Shown piece after piece: positions 13,936-27,946 of a DNA stretch of 64,000 nucleotides. Source of the DNA: the human T2T-CHM13v2.0 reference genome, Homo sapiens; assembly GCF_009914755.1 (NCBI RefSeq), contig NC_060942.1. One strand, given 5' to 3'. The translations under genes and the position numbers were made by a program. The notes under the pieces were generated by a model. It was not told where the DNA came from. It ran no database searches and was given only the letters and a program-made list of their open reading frames with translations. Every line of letters begins with the position of its first letter. Position 1 is the first letter of the stretch.

Positions 13936-14821
13936 TAATGTGTTAGTTAAGATGAGAGAGTCCAAAGTGATACAGCCCCTGCCCCCACAGAGCTTCCAGT
14001 CTAGTGAGAGAGGCAGGTACCAAAAAGATAATGCACATGACAGAATGGACTGAACTAAGTAGTAGTAGAAGTTCAAACGAAGAAGAAGACACAAATGGAT
14101 AAAAGCTATGGATTCTCAGGATTGAGGATGCTGAAAGGCTGCACAGGATGAAAGGTGCGACCAAGGGTCCTGAAAAAGGCATAGGATTTATACTTGCAAA
14201 GGAGGGCATTTCCAGCAAGAAGGCTTGGAAATGAGAAAATCTCGGGAGAATAGGCCCATGTTAGAAATTCGGTACACGATTGAGAGGAAAAGAAGTGCCA
14301 CTGGGGAAGTGTGTTGAAGCAGGTATGTGGATGTTCTTCCCTATGCAGTGGTGTCAGTAGGATTTTTTGTTGGTGTGAGATCTGGGATCTGTTTGTAAGC
14401 CGTCTGAGAGCTGGGACTTTGCATTGATCAACTTTTTGTTGCACATGCTCTGTGATGTAATTGGCACTGCATGATTTGACAAGAATGTGTTTTATGCTCT
14501 AAATCAGGAGTGAGCAAACTTTCTGTAAAAGGCCAGATAGTAAATATTGTGGCCTCTATTTAGTCCATTCTGAATGTACATTAGACACAAGTTTCTAAAG
14601 TACATTCACAAATAAGCATTATACACTTAGTTGTAACATACACGGATGTTGAGCAGAGAAAAAGCTCTCTGATTTTTGTGGTTCCTGCTCTAAGCCAGGC
14701 TAAGTGGTGTTGTCAGGGTTCCAACCCCTTCCATCCCTGAAGCACACTCAGCAAACCATCTAGTTTATAAGCCACAGTGTGCTAGTAGGTGCTGTGTGTA
14801 TTTTTTTGCGGGGGGAGGAGG

Positions 14822-14916
14822 TATTTATTTTGTTTTTGAGATGGGGTCTCACTGTGTTTCCCGGGCTGGTCTCAAACTCCTGGGCTCAAGTGATCCTTCT
14901 GCCTCGGCCTCCTGAG
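14822..14916 (-). mobile_element. Alu monomer fragment (FLAM-like)
   Basis: gagatggggtctcactgtgtttcccgggctggtctcaaactcctgggctcaag. Confidence 0.75.
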
Positions 14917-14992
14917 CAGCCACTGCACGTGGCTGCATCGCTTTTAAAGGTAGATGATGCCTCTGGCCTTTCTCATTGCCTCTGGGTGTGTG

Positions 14993-15100
14993 GCCCATGT
15001 CACTGTCCAGCGCATTCCACTGTCCAGCCCATTCCACTGTCTGGCCCCATGCCACTGTCCAGCCCATGCCACTATCTGTGTGTTCCGTGCCACTGTCCAT
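14993..15100 (+). repeat. Degenerate 17-bp minisatellite, ~6 copies (CCACTGTCCAGCCCATK)
   Basis: Directly visible. Confidence 0.85.
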
Positions 15101-15704
15101 CTGTGTAGGGAAGAGAGCACCAGGGGCTGGCCTGGTCAGGAGAGCTTTCTGGGCAGGGGTTGAGGGAGGCACATGTGAGCTGGACTTTGAATAAAAAGAA
15201 AGGAAAGCCAAGGAGCAGACCGGGCGAGGCTGGGTGCGAAGACCAGATGTGGCAGGGATTTAGGAGGCAGAGCGAGCACAAGTCTGTGCATATTGGTAGG
15301 TTCTGTAGACTTGTCGGTTGTGCAGTGGATTCATGGAGCCTGTCGAGGAAGCTACCTGTGTGCTTCCACTAGGAAAGCACAGCCACAGAGAGAAGATGAG
15401 GGGCAGGGAAGCAGTATTGTGGGGAATTCGGAGTGAGGGCTGAATCTGAGAAATATTATTTTAAAATTATGTTAAATACATTATTTTTTGCTGTCTCCAA
15501 CCATCATTACTATGTTCACTGTAGAAAAATTAAGAAAGTCAGTATGGCATATAGTCCCATAACCAAGAAATTCATTCATTGTGACCTATTTGAGGGTCAT
15601 TTAAAAATGACTGATGTAATTTGGTAAAAGATTAATCAACAAAATGACTTATTTCATAATTAATTACTTTCCACTAATGTGACATTTCTCAAACTCTGCA
15701 GTAT

Positions 15705-16033
15705 TTCCTTTTCTTCTTTTCTTTTCTTTTTTTGTTTCCTGAGACAAATCTCACTCTGTTGCCCAGGCTGGAGTGCAGTGGCATGCAATCATGGCTCACT
15801 GCAGCCTTGAACTCCTGGGCTCAAGCGATCCTCCCGCCTCAGCCTCCTGAGTAGCTTGGACTACAGGCATGCACCACCATACCCAGCTAATCTTTTATTT
15901 TTTTGTAGAGAAGGTGTCTCACTATGTTGCCCAAGCAGATCTTGAACTCCTGAGCTCAAGCAATCATCCTGCCCTGGCCTCCCAAACTGCTGGGATTACA
16001 AGTGTAAGCTGCTGTAAGCTGCTGTGCCCAGCC
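15705..16033 (-). mobile_element. Alu (AluJ-like)
   Basis: gcagccttgaactcctgggctcaagcgatcc J-type diagnostics. Confidence 0.92.
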
Positions 16034-16488
16034 TATATTTTCAAGTCTCTCTCCTTTTTTTTTTTTTTAAACTGGAAAGGATAGCTGTGATGGAAATGGA
16101 AGACTTCCAACAGAATACCTTAGTTAGCATAACTGTGTAGTACAAGATGTAAAAACCTGTTGAAGTGGGTGGCCTTTTGTTATCATTCTGTCTTTCTGCC
16201 CACCCTGTGGCACAGTTCTCACCATATTTTCTGTCAACTGCTACCACATGGTCCCCTTCTTTATGTTATAAAGTCTCTTAATTATTAGGTAATTATTCAT
16301 TGTCCTAGCTCTCCATGCTTACCAAACAATATTAACAAGAGCACGGTATTACAAATGAGTCAATAACAACTTCCCTAACCTTATGGCAGCTGTTTTGGAG
16401 GAAAAAGAAAAAAGAAAAAAAAACTGCCTTTTTTTTCTTAATGCGTTACAATTGGTTGATCAGAACAGTTTTAAAACTATAAAATGTT

Positions 16489-16820
<332 letters not shown>

Positions 16821-17562
16821 TTAAATTAAAAGGTAAGGTTGTATCTAGTTATTTATACAGCTATTTTTAAAAGTCAGGTTGGCAAAGGTCTCTCTGAGTT
16901 TCACAAAATATCCGCGTGAGTGGTGCATAGTTTGTGCTGGCTTATTTCCATTTGTTCGTTGTGTTTATGGTAACCAGTAGCATTTTCTAATTTGGTTAAA
17001 ATGCTGTCATTAGCTGGTAAATGCAGTCCTGTCACCTCAGAGGAGGACCAAGAAGGAGCTCTTTCTAGAAAGGGAGGGATCGAATTACTCCTCATCCTCA
17101 TATCTACTTATCTATCTGATTTTAAGACACCACTGAAATTTATACTGCGAGCAATTTAAATGAATGCAGTAATTGATTGCAAAACATGTTTGTAATATCA
17201 GTGACTGAAATTAAATAAAAGATAAGTCAGTACTTTTTGGATCAATCCAGTTGATCTAAAAATAAAAAGTAGACATCCACTGAATGGTTGGGTAAATGAA
17301 CGAATGAATTTTGGCTTATGTCAGTGAATTGGCCTGACTGGGCCTTGATCTACATAGCTTCTCTTGACATTTTGTTGCCCAAATTGAGTTTGAGTGTTTT
17401 TAGTAGGCAGGGTAAATTAGCGGTATGGATGGGTATAACATTCTACATTTAGTTTTGCTACTGTATATGAGCTCATGAAATGGACTTCCCTTCCCTAATA
17501 ATATAGAAAAAAGAAAAACCTAAGGAAATATAGAGAACACATTCAATTTGGGAAATTCCCGT

Positions 17563-18307
<745 letters not shown>

Positions 18308-18479
18308 TAGTCCACCTAAATGATCCTGAGGCTTTGGGGCAATTAAAAAATCCTTACTCTTAAAAAATGTCAGGCAGTAAGTCTTGAAGCCAGCTGCTGG
18401 TGCTACACAACATACCCTTGTCTTGTGAGGAATCCCTTTTGAAAAGGTAACTTACCTCGTCACTTCATTATTGCTCATT

Positions 18480-18940
18480 GCTACAGGTTGAATTGTGTCC
18501 CCCCAAAAAGATATGAAATCCTATCAGTACCTCTTTGAAAATAGGGTCTTATTTGAAAATAGGGTCTTTGCAGACCCTCTTGCAGATGGAGTCAAGTTAA
18601 GATGAGGCCATGAATGTGGACCCTAATCTGACTGGTAGCCTTATAAAAAAGGGAAAATTTAGGCTCAGAAACAGACATGCACACTGGGAGAATGCCATGG
18701 AAAGATGAAGGCAGAGATCAGGTGATGCTTCTACAAGGCAGGGAACTCCAAAGATTGCTAGCAAGCCTCCAGAAAGCAGGGGAGACCATGGAATCTCCCT
18801 CAGCCTTCAGAAGGAACCACCCTGCCCATATCTTGATCTTGGACTTCCAGCCTCCAGAACTTTTAAACCATCAATTTCCATTGTTTAAGCTACTCAAGTT
18901 TGTGGTACTTTGTTACAGCAGTTTTAGCAAACTAATATGC
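18480..18940 (+). mobile_element. MaLR LTR (MLT1B/C-like)
   Basis: ggttgaattgtgtccccc...ggacttccagcctccagaac...gtggtactttgttacagcag. Confidence 0.85.
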
Positions 18941-20055
18941 TAATCAATATATATTTTTATCATCTTCTTTGGACCTAGCAAGGAGAACCACTTGGGAAAT
19001 TGAAACAAGGACCCTCTCGGGAAAGTTTGGTGAAATCCTGGCCAACATGATGTCTAATGCTGATTGCAGTGAAATTGAGTACTGTTGTTGATTTTTTTTT
19101 CCTCAAAGTAGCTTTTGGAAGTGAAGAGTAAAATGTGTTAGTGGGAACTCAGTATTAGCAAGAAGAGAAATAAGGGACTATGCTAGCAAAATGAATAATC
19201 TGTCTTTATTATACTGTCACAGGTGGTTATCAAGATACAGTTTTTGTGAGACAAAAAGCTTTGTGGGGCTGGAGTTGCTTTTGATGGTGGTGGCAGAGGG
19301 AGAGTTATACGAATAGAAGTAACTTCTGGTAGTGTCTTCGTTGCATGTGGGTACACCCAGTCTTATGGGCAAGCTGATTTTATATAATCTTGTTCTTTTC
19401 AGTAAATTTTGTATATCAAATATTTAATCTTACTTCTTTGAAAAACTTTTTAGATAAGTGATGTTTGCAAATTGAAGCATATTGAACCATATATCTGGAT
19501 ATTTTGTTTGATTATAAACCCATTTTTACACCATGGCCATAGAGAATGGTGCCGTGGGCACTATCAGGAGTGATGTCATTAACCCCACAGGGCTATGTGG
19601 AAAGCGTGTGGCTGGGACTGCTGTGTGGTTGGGACAAGGCAGTGGTGCACATGGGCCAGCTCCTGTAACTTTCCTGTTTGTGGCTCTCATGGGGCACTCC
19701 TGCTCCTGCTCTCCCCGTCCTCATCCATGATACATACTCTCTCTCATCTACGTGCTCATAAATTTCAGCAGCAAGAACTGCATGATTTTTAAAATTCTGA
19801 GTAGATGCTTCCAGCAAAGGATTTCCTAACTGATCACTGCCAGAGAAGAAGAGGTGCTAAATAGTTGCCAAGTTACATGCTTTTTTTCCCAAATGAAGTA
19901 CTTCCCCTGCTACTGCTTGTAAAGCCCTGATTGTGTGTGTGCGCAGAACCCACATCTGGTGCTGGAAGCCTAAGGACTAGTGAGTGGTCATGTGGTTTAT
20001 GGCCCCTATAAAAGGACCCATTCTAAAAGTCTCCAAGAAGCTAACTCCACAATGA

Positions 20056-20262
<207 letters not shown>

Positions 20263-20307
20263 TGATGCCCTTTCATTAGCTATACAAAGGTGGTTGAGTT
20301 TCAGGTT

Positions 20308-20455
20308 AGGCTTATTATCGTTTAAACTATAAACTAAATATTCACCAAAGCTAGCCCAGCCTAAGCCCAGGAATAATCAAGGCAGCTTGAAACCTAAAAG
20401 CAAGAGGAGGCTGGGTTAGATCAGCTCACTGTATAATTTTTGCAAAGGCGGTTTT
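20308..20455 (-). mobile_element. LTR8-like ERV1 LTR 5' fragment
   Basis: Minus strand aaaccgcctttgcaaaaattat...tttagtttatagtttaaac resembles the recalled LTR8 start. Confidence 0.6.
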
Positions 20456-20619
20456 ATTGAAACCTGTTCTTTTTTGAAAGCTGGCTCTTTCTAACATTCA
20501 AATGCTTTTGATCAACCTATTTTATGGAAGCAGAATATTGAAATTAAAGTAAATATTAGATGAACTTTATAGCCAGTTGTTTTCCTCATTCTTCAACTCT
20601 TTACCCTACAAATCTTATT

Positions 20620-20696
20620 TAAACAACATGTTCAGCAAGCTGTTATCTTGCTTACGCAATGAATAGAACATTATGTTCTAAGGTACAGTTTGCTCA
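20620..20696. promoter_or_regulatory. Candidate steroid hormone (GR/MR/AR/PR) response enhancer
   Basis: Perfect AGAACAttaTGTTCT 20665-20679; C/EBP ATTGCGTAAG (minus strand) 20651-20660; GATA 20643-20648; forkhead TAAACA 20620; second imperfect HRE 20682-20696. Confidence 0.6.
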
Positions 20697-23600
20697 CCTA
20701 TGAAAAGAATTTAACCTCTTTTCTAAGTAGCTATACACAATTGTCATACCTTAAGTTCTTATTTAGATGCATTTCAGAATATTAGAGCATTTTGCAAGTA
20801 GATGCACGTTCTTACCCAGTGTCAGTGTTTATAGACAGACACTCACCATGGGTATATTTAAGTCTAGGGTGGTAAAGAATATAAATGTCATTTATTAAAA
20901 CCTGAACATAGCCAACTATGAATTATTTGTGTTAATGTAAACGTCGAATGAGCACTGCAAACATTTGATGTTTGAATATTTGCCTGTAGAAGTGCAGTAC
21001 TATGTTCTATAGAATATAAGTAGATGCCACCCCAGTCCTCAAGGTTTCAGTGAGGTCATCATTGTATCAATAAAGGTGCCAATTTAAGATGCTAACTGGA
21101 CATTGGAAAAAATTTGTTGTCCTATTCTGAAGGATGAGTCTTATATAAAGTGTTTTTAAAATACTTTATTGAAACTGCCATGTTCTTTTCAATTTTGGTA
21201 GCTCCCCTGCATTTAATTTAGTCATAAGCGTCTGTATTAATGGGTGTGTTCAATATGAAGGCATCCTGTGAAGACAATAAATTATATTATACTTATCTAG
21301 TCTGCACTCTTTATCATGTTGATAAAATGGCCCTTACCAGTAAAAAAACTGTTTCAGAATGTGTAAGAGTAAGTCTGTCTCAGCTGACTGAGGGCTTCAT
21401 CATGTTCATGATAATCCCAGCAGCTTGAAATGTCAAACTGGTAGCTGATCCATAGCACACAGTAGTGCTAATTGAGATAGGTTGGTGTGGATAATTGAAT
21501 TTAATTGAATATTAAACACCAGTAAGTGCTATGCTAGATGTTGGGACCACAGTGATGAAGATGACATTATCCTGACCCGGGAGGCGCTCCTTATGTGCAT
21601 AAACTGCATTTGGAAATTTTCATGATTTGAGAGTCATCTATGGTTGCCAGTAGAGATTTTCCCAGAAGGCCAAGGATATATGGGGACATTTGACTGTTCT
21701 TTGACCATAATTATATAACTTTTTATTTGCCCAGAATGAACAACTGCAGGGTAACATTTATACAAAAGGAATTTAGTGTGCTTAGAGTGCTGATAATACT
21801 TGAGAAACTAGGAGAGCTGTTTTAAAGCACTTCTTTTTCTTTTTTTTTTTTTTGTTTTTTTCTGGGCTGTTAGAATTTGACATTGTTCAACTTTAACTTT
21901 GTCCTCATTGAACTTTATCCTGCTAAGGAGCTAAAAGGTCCATATGATCAAAAAGGCAGCTCTCAACCCAGCACGAAATTCCAGGCTCATTCATTTCTGT
22001 TTACCTACTGCCAAATAAGTCAGACAACTGCATACTTGCTTTACAGACGAATAGAGGACAGCATGTTGTTCAATAATTGTAGTTTAAAAAGTATATGTAA
22101 GATACATCCACAAGAAGAAAGATAGAGGGAGCATACCGTTTGTCTTCTAGTATAGGCTCCCTGCCCATGGAGATCACAGAGTAGAATTATGATGGGTGCC
22201 TTAGAGACCAGCCTCCCTCAGGATCATGAGTTCACCTCGGCACCACAGCTCTGGGCAACGTGGAATTAGACAAATTAAAGTAGTTAAGTTCTGACTTCAT
22301 AGAGCAGAATCTAAACTTTTGTTCATACTGCTTTTGTGTTCTTGGGCCATCTGAAAACCTTTTCTGTGTAAATATTCCTGCAATATGCGGTCTTACAGAG
22401 GTCTTATCACGCATATTTCCCTTTGCTTCCTTATGTATCGTATTTTTTCAAGAAGAAGACATTCAACTTTAGAGACAATGGAATCATTGTGTTGTGGCTT
22501 TAATTCAGGTCATTGTCCTTTTGTGAGTTGCACGTGTGCGCGAGCCTGTGTGTTTTGCTTGGAGGAATAGTGAATAAGCAAGGAGCAGAGTCCATTTGCT
22601 TTTTCTAACAGAGGGTGGGGCAGATTCTCTCACAACCATTAAAGAAAAAAATAAGATACCAGCAATAATGATAATCAGTCATGCATATGTAATCGTGTGT
22701 AGTTCATACTTCAGATTCATATACAGCTGAGCATGATCTTGAATGTTACAGGAAGCAAGCTTGAAAGTCAAGTTACAGTAGAACTTTGCTAATTCATGCC
22801 TGACTAATTTGCCCACCCAGTAGTTCCTACTGAAATCTTGCCATTCCTCTACCAACTTTCAGAAAAATTTGATAGCAGGCTGTGGAGAAGGCTCATGTTA
22901 CTTCTTATGTCAAGGTGTAAACAAAAAAGAGAGCACAAAATACATCCATCAGACCACATGAAGTGAAGAGAGAGAAAACATCTGCTGAAAGCCGGATTCT
23001 CTGTTTTTTTCCTGCTTTTTAAATGTAATCTGTCTTTGTTTATGCATGCCCTAGAAACATGCATAAGTAACCCTGAGTAGTCTCTTAGTTTAAGAAAACC
23101 TACTATAAAATTTCTTGTTGTAAAATAAAATTCTAAAAGGAATAAGTTGTGGACATATAAGTATCAGACAGTTTATGTAAGACTTTACATAGGATGCAAG
23201 GTAGGCTGTAATATGATTTGGTAATTGTTTTATGGGGGAATTTTGTTTTGTATAGCGAAAAAGAACAGTGAGTGATTTAACTGAATTTTATAGTTTAATA
23301 TTGTTGTTGTTTTAACTAAAATCTTTGGTTTGCTATTGCAAAATGAAAGAGAAAGGAAATTTTGGTTAATGTTAACTTTATTTCCAAAACCATGTGATGG
23401 ATGCTGACCAAATGTGTCTCAATAGTGCCATTGAGGTCTGTTGCCTTTTTTTTTCTTTGAGGTGCTAAGTGAAATGTGTTTTGAACCTTGAATGTTCACT
23501 ATGCGACGTTCTTTGCATTACAGGTAGATACTGCAAACTTGCTTCAAAAAAACTAAAAAGTTCAAATAACTAATGGTTCATATTTGTTCCAGTTAGTAAA

Positions 23601-25634
23601 TATCACGACAAGGTATCATCGTCATCCCATGTTCTCAGTATAGATTCAGCTTCATTTCTTACACCACACACCCAGAGGCATAAATGGAAGTACACAGACA
23701 AAAGGAAAGGCCTGAGTTTAAATGTAGTTATCATGTTCAGTGTTCGACATTTTATTCTGAGAATTTAAGTGTTTCTACTGCAGTACCACAAAGTCAATCT
23801 GCATATTACTTTAACTAGATCACTTGTAAAAATAAATGAATAAATGACCAGTGATGGTTCAGTGACAAGAGTGCCAGATGAGTCATGAATGTTTTCACAA
23901 GTAAATTTGATAGTAAACTGCTAAGTTTACTGTATACGCTGTGTACAAATTAGCTCAGATTCAAGATTTTTGCTCTAACAACTGAACGCTCAGTTGCATC
24001 TTTAAACTTTTTGTTGCGTGAGAGGGGCTGAGGGGCAGGTGGGAGGAAGTCAGCCTGCAGGTGGGAGGTTTCTGTCTCAGGATTGCTGATACCCCTGCAT
24101 GCTGCTGGGTTGCAGCCTTGGAGTATATGGCCTATGAGACATGGCATGTCTGATTTGATGGAAAAAGCAGCGGAGAACCAGTGAACCAAGCTATTCCGTG
24201 TATTGACTTTTTAATACGTTTACTACAAGAATCTGCCTTTTAAAGTACTTTTAAATAAGGTTATAAACATAAGTGTGTTTTGGACACAGCCTGCAGCAAG
24301 CATGCCTCTCGAGGTGTAAGATGAGTCAGCTACACATGCTCAGGGGCCCGTTCCACCAGCCACAGTAGCTGCAGAGGTTGAGAGCAACTGAAGCAAGAGA
24401 AGCTCTTAGTAATTAGGGGAAGGAAGCCTCCACTTGACACCGCATCACCACCAAGTATTTATTGAGTGTCTTTGGTGTGCAAGGCAGGAGAATATCTTCT
24501 ATGGATTCTACATATTTCAGGGTTACCAGAGTTATAAAATCCCTTGAAATCTATATGCACAAATTGTAAATACGTATGCAGCTTTTTATAAGTGTTCAAA
24601 TTCTGCCTTAATTGTGCTCAAGGATCAGGGTCTCACCCCAGCATTGTATACCATTGATAGTCATGATTTCCTTAGTGAAATTAAGTAAATTGACTTTCAG
24701 AGACTTTATTTCATATTCATCATGTCCCCATGTAGCCATGAAAAAATGATATGTTTAATATTCATCTATTTGTATGATTAAAACAAAATATCCGCAACTA
24801 CTGACGATTCAATGATCAGATATTTTACTGTAAATTAATATCATCATAAACTCCTAGACATTAGACTTCAGACATTCAGAGCCCACTCGATGCTTGGCAC
24901 AAAGCAGGCACCAAATACATATTTATAGAATGAATGAACAAATGAAGGAAGAAACAAAGAAATGACTAATGCACCAACCATTTATCAGGAAGTTTAACAG
25001 GGAAATTCAACAACCAGATTTGTTTTGCTAATCTTATTAAAGTGCAACATGTTTGTTGTAAAAATAGATCCACATTCGTCATTGAACTGGACAGTCTAAA
25101 ATAGATCCAAACCCATTGTTTGATTATACTTCACAAATGTAAGGTAAAATAGATGATACTATCTGTCATTTGCTTGATGCTATTGGCAAATGTGAAGCAG
25201 TTACCAGCATAAAAGCTTGGAGGTTACTCCGAATGTATATAAACAACAGTGGCTAGGCTCACAAGTGGGAGAGAGTCTAAAAATAGGTAGGCGATCCCTT
25301 ATCTCGTTGCATTGAAAATTGTGTTTATATGAAGTGATATTATTAGAAATGATGTGTGAGAAAAGAATTTCTGCAATGTCTCCTACAAATTAGAGTGAGA
25401 AAATGTATCTTTATGCAGCTTTGAACAAAGGATTATTATTGCTGGACTGTGGACCAAAATTTTAGTCAAGTTTTTTTTTTTTAATGAAAAGAAACTGTTC
25501 ATTTATGCAGACATACAACTTTGTGTCCTATAGAGACTTGTCATCTGCTCTTAAAGTTAGCACCCTATTTTTCCTCTGGATGTCCACTGAGAAACCCACT
25601 GGTGTGATGGTCATTGAAAAAGAGAGTTGTGTCA

Positions 25635-26150
25635 GAATGCCCTAAAATCTTAGTGGCTTAACACATTCCCAAGTTTATTTCTCATTCACACTACCCGTCA
25701 ACATAGGTTGGCAGGCATTCGGATCCACAGGGTCACACAGAGAACCAGGCCGACCGACCCACATGGTCACACAGAGAGAGAACCAGGCCGACCGACCCAC
25801 ATGGTCACACAGAGAACCAGGCCGACCGGCCCACATGGTCACACAGAGAACCAGGCCGACCGACCCACGTGGTCACACAGAGAACCAGGCCGACCAGCCC
25901 ACATGGTCACACAGAGAACCAGGCCGACCAACCCACATGGTCACACAGAGAACCAGGCCGACCGACCCACATGGTCACACAGAAAACCGGGCTGACTGAA
26001 GTTTGCACTGGAGCTTTTCACAGCCCCCACTCAGAGGTGAGATAGGTCACCTTTTCTCATTAGCCAAAACTGGTAAGATGGCCTTCCCTGACCACAAGGA
26101 TGCTGGAAAGTGTAGTCATCTTTTCTCTGTGCCTGGAGAGGAGAGAGAAG
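25635..26150 (-). mobile_element. Old MaLR LTR (MLT1J/K/L-like) hosting a VNTR
   Basis: aaaatcttagtggcttaacac...gtttatttctcattcacact and ctcattagccaaaactggt...atggcc...ggatgctggaaagtgtagtc motifs. Confidence 0.6.
25731..25999 (+). repeat. 34-bp minisatellite, ~7.8 copies (GGTCACACAGAGAACCAGGCCGACCGACCCACAT)
   Basis: Units start at 25731, 25765 (38 bp), 25803, 25837, 25871, 25905, 25939, 25973. Confidence 0.95.
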
Positions 26151-27888
26151 TGAAAATTGGTAAGCAATATTTCTATTTTAAAAGTGGTTAGAGTGTAGTG
26201 CAATGAATCTAGCACCATTGGTTCAGTTTTAAATGGACTGATTCCATTTGTCTAATTCTGTGTCAGTTGGCTGTTTTCTGACCCCTGAGAATAATTTAGT
26301 CTGGCTGATTCCCCCATTGTACCAATTGCCTGGCATATGACAAATGCATTTTTGCCTGTAAGACAATCTTTGCCTAGGAAAGACAGCCCTAATTTTTATG
26401 TCTTGTATTTTCCAGTAAGCTAATCTGGAGTATCAGTTTTTAAGACTGATACACAATTAGATGAAACTAATTAAGGACAAAACATTTGCCACTTTTAACT
26501 GTTGATAAGTGAAACTGAGATTTCCCCCCACCCCATGGATACAGTGAACATTTGTCAGCAGCTGGTAATGGCTAGTATAAAGATGTATTCAGTTTTCCCT
26601 TCCCTTCCTCTCCCTCCAGCCTTCCAGCCACCCCCTTCCCAAACATTTATGCTCATTTAGAGAAAAGCAACCCCAGTTCTCTTACCTGGGATATCACCAG
26701 TATAAAAAGCACATTCGTATAAATTATCTGGCCTTTAATTACCTGTAACCCTGTAGGAAACCCCCTGGGAAAAGTACCACAAAAGAACGCAGCTCTGGGG
26801 GTCTGTGAGAGGCACCCAGTTCACACCCCTAAAGGACAGAGCGAGCACTCAAACGCACAGCTTTGGGTGCCCTCTGAGGCGTGCACTGGCTGGTAGCAGT
26901 GGGTATCAACCATGGAAGTTCACGGAAGATTAAACCGCAAGTTCCCACGCAAGGCCAAGTGGCTGCCAGGACTTGGAGGCACTGACCCTGAGTGGTCCTT
27001 CCACCTCAGCGTATACTGTCACTGCTGCCTCTGTGGCTTCCCCTTTCCCTCCAAGTAGAGATAGATGTCTCGAGGTGCTCCCCACCCCAGCCAGGTTGTC
27101 CTCTCCTGGGTGGCATTTTCCTTTCTACTCTCTGGGGCTTTCACCACCCCACTGGGCATAACTCTCCACAGGCTCCCCTGGGAGGGGTGCCCCCACCTCA
27201 CCCGCCACCTCACTTCTCAGCCCCTCTTCCCATCCAAGGGCTCCCTGGGCTGCCCCCACCCTAGTCATGATCTCGCTCCTCTACTCTCTCGTAGTACTTT
27301 ATTTTTACCTTGCTCCTGGCTCACATTACATGCTTATCTTGTATTTATAGATGGTTCTATATATGTCTCCTTTTGCATCCTTTTCTCAAAGCTCCTGTGA
27401 GGCCAGGGATGGTTTTATGCCTTTTCTCATCCCCTTATGTTCTAGTATAATGCTTTACACATGATTAAATTCTCATCAGATGTTGAATGAATGAGCTTAT
27501 TATGCATTACTTCTTAGTACAAAGAAATATTTGGAACGTAAGCTCTGAAATGTTGATATTCTGTGGATGCTTGGATTACATACAATGTCCTAAATAAACA
27601 CTTGCCTGTTAAGTAGAAGTCAGTCTGGAAAGTGATACCTTTAGATCCATAAAATGTTTATAAGGCACATGAATGGACAACCACGTTGTTTTTTGCTCTT
27701 TTATATGTTTAGGTTACTGACAGCCCAAAATACATTAGCTTGTCTTTGGGCTAGGAGGTACCTAAAGTTGTATTTTTCTCTCATGTCATTTTCCTGGGTT
27801 TTTATCATATCCAACTTCGTAATGTCCAGGAATTTGAGATTAATTCCTCAAACTTGTCGAATAATACAAGAGGAAACTTGTATAATAC

Positions 27889-27946
27889 AGAGCAAACTTG
27901 GTTGGTGAGTAGCTGCTAGAGCAAACTTGGTTGGTGAGTAGCTGCT
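27889..27946 (+). repeat. Perfect 29-bp tandem duplication
   Basis: AGAGCAAACTTGGTTGGTGAGTAGCTGCT x2. Confidence 0.95.

Noticed and set aside
23501-23529. ATG followed by CAG|GTAGAT as a possible mini first exon
   Set aside because: Weak donor, phase 2 versus the phase-0 exon-6 acceptor, and no promoter evidence
25708-25999. Repetitive ORFs and CRISPR-like appearance of the 34-bp array
   Set aside because: Head-to-tail units with no unique spacers, no cas genes and a human context; a VNTR
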